Positions 57,737 through 64,000 of a DNA stretch of 64,000 nt are shown here, one piece after another. Where the stretch lies: positions 640,001-704,000 of the forward strand of contig CBDHHL010000056.1 in assembly GCA_965263355.1 (NCBI GenBank). The letters are read 5' to 3'. The translations under genes were made by a program, and so were the position numbers. A model generated the notes under the pieces. That model worked only from the letters and a program-made list of their open reading frames with translations. It did no database searches and was not told the origin of the DNA. Position 1 is the first letter of the stretch. Every line of letters begins with the position of its first letter. This stretch comes from Leptolyngbyaceae cyanobacterium (GTDB lineage: Bacteria > Cyanobacteriota > Cyanobacteriia > Phormidesmidales > Phormidesmidaceae).

Positions 57737-60700
57737 ATGGATACAATTTCTCCGATTATCGTTAGTTTAGTGCCCAGCGATGACGCGCAGAATGTGGGCA
57801 CTCGTGCGAATTTAGTCATCACCTTTGATGAACCGGTACGTCCTGGCAGTGGCAATATTACGATTCGACGCAGTGCCGATGATAGCGTCGTTGAAGCCAT
57901 TGATGTTACGTCGGCCCAGGTTACGGCTGAGGGCAACTCGATTGTCGTTGATCCCTCAGCTGATCTGGATGTGGGTGTGGAGTACTACGTTCAGATTAGC
58001 GAGGGTGCGATTACTGACACCGCCAGTACCCAAGTTTTATTTACTGAAGACTTTGAAAGTCTACCGCTGCAGCCCTTTGTGAGCGACACGGAAATTGGGG
58101 GCGATGGTACCGACTGGACCGATGTGCCGCCGGAGGGCTGGACACGGGATAATACCACGACACCTGAAGGTGGACCGGTAGAATTCTTTGGTTGGACATT
58201 TTTGGATAAGGAGTCCTGGGCAACAACGGCAGGCGATCAGGATCGGAACCTGTACACTAACGGTACTGGCACAGTAATGGTGGCGGACCCTGATGAGTAT
58301 GACGATGGGGCCATCAGCATCAGCCCCAATAGCTTTAATGCCTTTATCACCACCCCAGACATTGACCTGACCAATATTGCAGCGGATACGTTAACCGTAA
58401 CGTTTGACTCCAGTTGGCGACCGGAAGACCTGCAGCGGGCGGGGCTGAGTGTTTCCTATGACGGGGGGGAGGCGGTCCCCATTTTTGAATGGACCTCTGA
58501 CCCGGCAGACCCGGTGTTTGATGTCAACAATCTCACTAGCAGCCCTACGTTTAAGCCGGATGGGCTACCCAGCGTCAATGAAACCCTGGAAATTACCCTG
58601 AACAATCCAGCGGATGCGAGCACAGCAAGTCTCACGTTTGGTGTGTTTGAATCAGGTAATGACTGGTGGTGGGCTGTCGATAATATTGTGGTGGCCGGAG
58701 ATGCAGTAGATGGTGTAGACAATGCCTTTGCTGGCATTGATGACAGTAGCACGTGGAATTTTACTGCGATCGCAAGTCTCCCTCCCGAAGTCGCCAATCC
58801 CCTGGGACAGGTTGCTGCCACAGTGGGTGAAACCCAGGTGGTGGATCTATTTGACCTGTTTGAAGATGCCGACAATGCCGACACTGAGCTAACCTATCAG
58901 GTGGTGAACAACAGCAATCCTGATGCCGTCACCGTCTCAGAAATCAGTGCTACCGATGGCCAGTTGAGCCTGACGGTAAATGAAGTGGGGCTAACGGATA
59001 TCACCGTAGAAGCAACAGACCCCAACGGTAGTTCTGTTACCTCCACGTTCCAGGTAAAAGGACAGACCACCGATGCCTTTGTCTTTGCAGTGTTGGGCGA
59101 TACCCAGGACTACAGTACCTTTGCACCGGAAGTGTTTGAAGCTCAAACCCAATGGCTGGTGGATAACCGGGATGCGCTGGGGCTGGAGTTTGTGGTTCAC
59201 GTCGGGGACGTGGTCAACGCCAACAATGAGTTTGAATGGATGCGGGCCGACGGGGCGTTGAGCATTCTCGATGGTGAGGTGCCCTACGCGATTTTGCCAG
59301 GGAACCACGATATGGGGGCTGGTGGTTCGGCCAACGTGCGTGATACGGATCTGCTGAACCAGTTTTTCCCGGTCAGTCGATTTGAAGATACGGCCACCTT
59401 TGGCGGTGTCTATGACCAGGAGCCCGATCGCTACGACAACAACTACCACACCTTCACCGCCCCCGATGGCACCGCCTGGATGGTGTTGTCCCTGGAGTTT
59501 GGTCCCCGTGATGATGTATTACGCTGGGCCAATGAGGTGGTAGCAGCCCATCCTGATCATCGGGTGATTATTTCTACCCACGATTACTTGAACTTTGACC
59601 AGCTCCGTCACAACTCCTTTGATGTATTGGGTGAAGGCGACCCCCGCACCAGCTACGGTATTGGTGATTCTGTCGAAGGGGCCAATGATGGCGATGACAT
59701 TTGGAACAAGTTTGTCCGCAAGCATCCCAATATTTCCTTTGTCTTCGGTGGTCATATTTGCGGCGACGGTGGCGGCGACCTGATTAGCTATGGCGACTAT
59801 GGCAATCCGGTGCATCAAATTTTGGTGAACTATCAGCGCTGTGTTTCCTCAGTAACTCGCAATGGGGTGAACGACACGGGCTACATTCGCCTGTTTACGG
59901 TGAATCCCAGTGACGGCTCGGTGGTGATGGAGAGCTACTCCCCTGTACTCGATACCTTTAATACCGAACTGGAAGGTACCCAACTGCGGGGCCAACAGTT
60001 TGTCTTTGAGAATATCGATCTGGGGACTCCCAACACTGTGTCCCGCGCAGATGCAGGGGACTATCAGGTGGTGACAGCAGCCGGTGAGACAGCAGCCGTG
60101 ACCCTGGATGGCAGTGGCACTAGCGACTCCAGCGGTGATGGATTGCAGTATCAGTGGACGAATGCTGAGGGGAACCTGTTGGCCACAGAGGCGACACCGA
60201 CGGTAGACTTGCCCGTGGGGATAAATGACCTGACCCTGACGATCACCGATACCAACGGGATTACCAATAGCGATACAGTTACCGTCGCCGTGCAAAATGA
60301 CGACACCCTGCTGTACGAAGACTTTAATGATGGCAACTTCGATGGCTGGACAGCACTGGATCAGGGCAATCTCCTGGGTAACTGGTACGTGACCACCGAC
60401 GGTCAACTCTATGAAAGCAGCAATAGCTTTAGCTCTACGGATGAGACTGAGCGCTCTGATCGTCGTGGCCCCATTCTCATTTGGGATGATGCAGCGGCCC
60501 AGGGGTGGACAGACTATGTGGTGGATGCCACCCTGCGATCCACGGATAACGATGGCATTGGCATTGTCTTCCGTTACCAGGATGAGAACAACTACTACAA
60601 GTTAGATCTCGATACCCAGACCAATATCCGTGCCCTTTATAAGGTGCAAGGTGGTGTGGAAACCACCCTGGCCATAGAGGAAAAGGGCTACCCCTTCAAT

Positions 60701-63700
60701 GTGGAGATGGACCTGCAGGTGGCTGTAGTCGGTAAGGAGATTGTTGCCACGCTAAACGGTGAGAGTATTTTTGACGCGCCGATTGTGGATAACAATCCTC
60801 TGATCCAGGGCACGATTGGGCTTTACTCCTACGGCCAGGACCAGTCCATTTTCGACAATATCATGGTCAATTTGCCAACGTTGACGGCCCAGGCGGGACG
60901 GGACCAGACGGTCAGCGATCGCACCGACAGCGGCACCGGCACTACCACCCTACAGGGGGCTGCATCCTTTGCTAACTCAGACGCGGCCATTGCCAGCTAT
61001 GAGTGGATTCTAGACGATACGGTGATCGCCACCGGCATCAATCCCACGGTCACGTTGCCTGTCGGTGAGAATAGGCTCACGCTGCAGGTGACTGACAGTA
61101 ACGGGACGGTTAGTACCGACGAGGTTGTGGTCACAGTTAAGTCTAACGACAGTGTGCTGCTCTTTGATGACTTTAACGATCAGACCTTTGATGGCTGGGC
61201 CATTATCGACCAAGGGACAGAGAATGGCCCGTCAAACTGGAATGCTGTCAGCGGTTCCCTGGGGCAGTTCTCGGATATTGCCAGTCCCCAAACTACAGGC
61301 ACCAATCCCAACGGCGATGTATGGCGGGGTCTTCGTAAAGGTACCCTGGCCATCTATGACCCTGCTGCTGTCAATACTCAACCCATCAACTTTGCTGAAG
61401 ACCGTGATGGCAACGGCACGCTTGAAACCATTGTGAAGCAACTGGACTTCGAGACCAGCGCAGGCGACTTATCCGGGTTGATTTCCTATAATCAGGAATT
61501 GTTAACTGGGTTAGGGACTGAGTCTCTCAATCCTGCCAACAGTCTGGAACTGGACATCGACTTCTTTGGCACGTTGCTCACAGAGGAGGACGACTTCGGG
61601 TTTGACTTCTTCCCGCAGCTGATCTTTGAGAATGGGGTGGCCACCGGCCTGGAATATCAGATTCTTAACGATGACCTGGCTTTCAGCGTATCCAGCGTAT
61701 CCGGCGACCTGACTGTTGACTTTGAACAGGGTCCCTCTGGTGCACCCACCTTAACGGGAACGGGAACTGGGGTAATTGTCCCCTTTAGCGACGGCACTGG
61801 TGGCAACACCGTTGACCCCGCTGTTGACCCTTACACACTAAACAACTATGCCCTGGAAGCCACACTAAATTCCGCTGACGATGACGGCATCGGGCTGTTG
61901 TTCTATTACCAGGATGAGAACAACTACTACAAGCTAGAACTAGATGCGGATGACGGCTTTAGCAAGTTGGTCAAACTGGTGGATGGCATCGAGACCACCC
62001 TGGCACGGGTACCCAACAGCTATGCCTCCGACACCGATCTGCAGGTGCGGGTGGAAATTAGTGATGTGATCGACGTGGATGCTGACGGTGTAGTACAAAT
62101 CCAGGCCTTTGTGGATGGGGAAGACCTGTTTGGTGGTCCCATCACCGATAGTGACCTGGCCAATGGTACGGTGGGTCTCTACTCTTGGGGCAGTGCAGGT
62201 GTTCGCTTCGATAATGTTGAAGTGACCTCCCTGGCCGATGACACCGTCCTCACCCCGGCTGATCTGTTTATCACTAGTCTCTCTCCTGAAGACGACGCGA
62301 CTAATGTGGCAGTAGACGCCGATCTAGTGGGGCGCTTCAATCGGGATGTGCAGACGGGCAGTGGCAATATTGTTATCCGACAAGCGTCCGATGATAGCGT
62401 CGTTGAGACCATTGATGTCAATTCCGATCAGGTGACGGTGCTGGAGAATACGGTGACGGTGGATGCGATCGCAGACCTTGCCCCCGGTACCGACTACTAC
62501 GTCCAAATCGAAGCCGGTGCCTTAGAAGACCCCACGGGCATCACTACCCTTTTCTTTGAGGACTTCGAAGATTTGGCTACCGACCTGGGTCCCTTTGTCA
62601 GTCCCAGTGAGAGTGGCGGTGACGGCACCGACTTCACCAATACCCTGCCCGACGGCTGGAGTCAGACCAACACAACACCTGCAGGTGGCCCCATTGAGTT
62701 CTTTGGCTGGACCTTCCTGGATGCCAGTGCCTGGGTAGAAACCGCAGGCGACCAGAATCGTAGTCAGTTTACCAATGGCTCCGGTGTAGTCGCCGTGGCC
62801 GACCCCGATGAATACGACGATGGCGATACCGACATCGACCCCGATCAGTTCCAGGCTGCCATTACGACTCCTGAAATTGACCTGACGGGCGTTAATGCAG
62901 GCAGTGCTATCCTCACCTTTGACTCCAGTTGGCGACCTGAGGATCTGCAAAAGGCGCGAGTAACTGTCTCCTTCGATGGCGGTGAGGCGACGGAACTCCT
63001 GCTCTGGACCTCCGACCCGGCGGATGCCAACTTTAAGCCCGATGCCACCAACGAAACCCTCGCCCTCGCCCTTGATAATCCTGAGGGAGCCACCAATGCT
63101 GTGGTCACCTTCGAGGTATTTGAGGCCGGTAACGACTGGTGGTGGGCCGTGGACAATATCGAAGTCAAGGGCAGCACTGGGGAAGGACAACCCTTTGCAG
63201 GCATTAGTGACGACAGCACCTGGAACTTCAGCACCCGTCCTCTGGATACCCAAGCACCCCGCGTCATTAGCTTTACCCCGGCTGACAATGGTGTGGATGT
63301 GGCCGTGGATAGCAATCTGGCGATTCAGTTTGATGAGCCAATTCAAGCAGGTGTGGGTACGGTTGCGATCGCCACGGTTGCCGACGACACCATCGTTGAA
63401 ACCATCGATATCACCTCCGACCAAATCACCATCAGCGGCGATACCGTCATCATTGATCCAGCTAATGACCTGGCCAACGGCACCGACTACTATGTCCAGG
63501 TCGATGCAGGGGCCATTCAAGACACCGCCAATAATCCCGCTGCCGGTATCAGCAACTCCAGCAACTGGAACTTTGCCACGGTTGAGTCTGCCGACCCCGA
63601 TCTGATCAACGTCTTCTTTGAAGACTTTGAGAGCTTGAGCACCGATCTCGGTCCCTTCGTCAGTACTAGTGAAAGCGGTGGTGACGGCACGGACTTCACC

Positions 63701-64000
63701 AATACTCTGCCCGACGGCTGGAGTCAGGTGAACAATACCCCGGCTGGCGGCCCCCCTGAGTTCTTCGGTTGGACTTTCCTGGATGCCAACTCCTGGACAA
63801 CCACAGCAGGGGACCAAAACCGCAGTGAGTTCACCCGCGCCAGTGGCGTTGTCGCCGTCGCTGACCCCGACGAATACGACGACGGAGCGATTAGCATCGA
63901 CCCGGATCAGTTCCAGGCCGCCCTTACCACCCCTGAAATTAACCTTTCTGGAGCCGCTGCGGGGACGGCCCGAGTCAGCTTTGACTCCAGTTGGCGACCT
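57737..64000 (+). CDS. Giant (>2088 aa, 3'-partial) acidic surface protein: Ig-like (Big_5-type) repeats, calcineurin-like metallophosphoesterase, PKD-like and ConA-like modules; not in the ORF track
   Basis: Frame starts MDTISPIIVSLVPSDDAQNV after a TAA at 57701, and was spot-checked in frame at 59042, 60542, 61862 and 63962. Metallophos motifs LGDTQDY, HVGDVV, PGNHD, STHDY, GGHI at ~59070-59770; repeated modules. Confidence 0.9.
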   Translation, partial: MDTISPIIVSLVPSDDAQNVGTRANLVITFDEPVRPGSGNITIRRSADDSVVEAIDVTSAQVTAEGNSIVVDPSADLDVGVEYYVQISEGAITDTASTQVLFTEDFESLPLQPFVSDTEIGGDGTDWTDVPPEGWTRDNTTTPEGGPVEFFGWTFLDKESWATTAGDQDRNLYTNGTGTVMVADPDEYDDGAISISPNSFNAFITTPDIDLTNIAADTLTVTFDSSWRPEDLQRAGLSVSYDGGEAVPIFEWTSDPADPVFDVNNLTSSPTFKPDGLPSVNETLEITLNNPADASTASLTFGVFESGNDWWWAVDNIVVAGDAVDGVDNAFAGIDDSSTWNFTAIASLPPEVANPLGQVAATVGETQVVDLFDLFEDADNADTELTYQVVNNSNPDAVTVSEISATDGQLSLTVNEVGLTDITVEATDPNGSSVTSTFQVKGQTTDAFVFAVLGDTQDYSTFAPEVFEAQTQWLVDNRDALGLEFVVHVGDVVNANNEFEWMRADGALSILDGEVPYAILPGNHDMGAGGSANVRDTDLLNQFFPVSRFEDTATFGGVYDQEPDRYDNNYHTFTAPDGTAWMVLSLEFGPRDDVLRWANEVVAAHPDHRVIISTHDYLNFDQLRHNSFDVLGEGDPRTSYGIGDSVEGANDGDDIWNKFVRKHPNISFVFGGHICGDGGGDLISYGDYGNPVHQILVNYQRCVSSVTRNGVNDTGYIRLFTVNPSDGSVVMESYSPVLDTFNTELEGTQLRGQQFVFENIDLGTPNTVSRADAGDYQVVTAAGETAAVTLDGSGTSDSSGDGLQYQWTNAEGNLLATEATPTVDLPVGINDLTLTITDTNGITNSDTVTVAVQNDDTLLYEDFNDGNFDGWTALDQGNLLGNWYVTTDGQLYESSNSFSSTDETERSDRRGPILIWDDAAAQGWTDYVVDATLRSTDNDGIGIVFRYQDENNYYKLDLDTQTNIRALYKVQGGVETTLAIEEKGYPFNVEMDLQVAVVGKEIVATLNGESIFDAPIVDNNPLIQGTIGLYSYGQDQSIFDNIMVNLPTLTAQAGRDQTVSDRTDSGTGTTTLQGAASFANSDAAIASYEWILDDTVIATGINPTVTLPVGENRLTLQVTDSNGTVSTDEVVVTVKSNDSVLLFDDFNDQTFDGWAIIDQGTENGPSNWNAVSGSLGQFSDIASPQTTGTNPNGDVWRGLRKGTLAIYDPAAVNTQPINFAEDRDGNGTLETIVKQLDFETSAGDLSGLISYNQELLTGLGTESLNPANSLELDIDFFGTLLTEEDDFGFDFFPQLIFENGVATGLEYQILNDDLAFSVSSVSGDLTVDFEQGPSGAPTLTGTGTGVIVPFSDGTGGNTVDPAVDPYTLNNYALEATLNSADDDGIGLLFYYQDENNYYKLELDADDGFSKLVKLVDGIETTLARVPNSYASDTDLQVRVEISDVIDVDADGVVQIQAFVDGEDLFGGPITDSDLANGTVGLYSWGSAGVRFDNVEVTSLADDTVLTPADLFITSLSPEDDATNVAVDADLVGRFNRDVQTGSGNIVIRQASDDSVVETIDVNSDQVTVLENTVTVDAIADLAPGTDYYVQIEAGALEDPTGITTLFFEDFEDLATDLGPFVSPSESGGDGTDFTNTLPDGWSQTNTTPAGGPIEFFGWTFLDASAWVETAGDQNRSQFTNGSGVVAVADPDEYDDGDTDIDPDQFQAAITTPEIDLTGVNAGSAILTFDSSWRPEDLQKARVTVSFDGGEATELLLWTSDPADANFKPDATNETLALALDNPEGATNAVVTFEVFEAGNDWWWAVDNIEVKGSTGEGQPFAGISDDSTWNFSTRPLDTQAPRVISFTPADNGVDVAVDSNLAIQFDEPIQAGVGTVAIATVADDTIVETIDITSDQITISGDTVIIDPANDLANGTDYYVQVDAGAIQDTANNPAAGISNSSNWNFATVESADPDLINVFFEDFESLSTDLGPFVSTSESGGDGTDFTNTLPDGWSQVNNTPAGGPPEFFGWTFLDANSWTTTAGDQNRSEFTRASGVVAVADPDEYDDGAISIDPDQFQAALTTPEINLSGAAAGTARVSFDSSWRP

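Noticed and set aside
62522..63817. 431-aa minus-strand ORF and other ORFs at 57.8-63.7 kb
   Set aside because: Shadow ORFs antisense or out of frame to the giant plus-strand gene, with no recognisable motifs.
1..64000. tRNA/rRNA genes, autonomous transposases, prophage; GCGATCGC as a local repeat system
   Set aside because: No such genes were recognised by eye. GCGATCGC is the genome-wide cyanobacterial HIP1 motif.

Overview
This is a chromosomal window from a filamentous-type cyanobacterium, judged from frequent HIP1 octamers (GCGATCGC), Psb34/Psb35, a helical carotenoid protein and a PEP-CTERM protein. It contains: a photoprotection gene cluster (3.2-5.3 kb); two tandem paralogous hybrid histidine kinases upstream of a REC-REC-pseudokinase (5.6-14 kb); a DAHP synthase (aroF); housekeeping genes (ridA, pfkA, gyrA/parC paralog, tamB, PhoB/SphR-like regulator, malQ); a decaying accessory zone (35-51 kb: two sigma-factor modules, a truncated kinase, Fic, toxin-antitoxin remnants, a GTPase pair); and a phosphorus-scavenging locus with two giant modular secreted phosphoesterases, one missing from the ORF track because it runs off the window. 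The most striking signal is the ~650-nt 5' leader of aroF. It has a sigma70-type promoter, then two unannotated aromatic-rich leader peptides in series (MQHSFFYFWFSQVHRR and MIVCYSWQFTFFFFTPPPGR), each followed by an antiterminator/terminator pair. The second terminator region is amplified into twelve 27-bp tandem copies. No tRNA, rRNA or CRISPR array was found. All calls come from reading the sequence by eye; no database searches were run.
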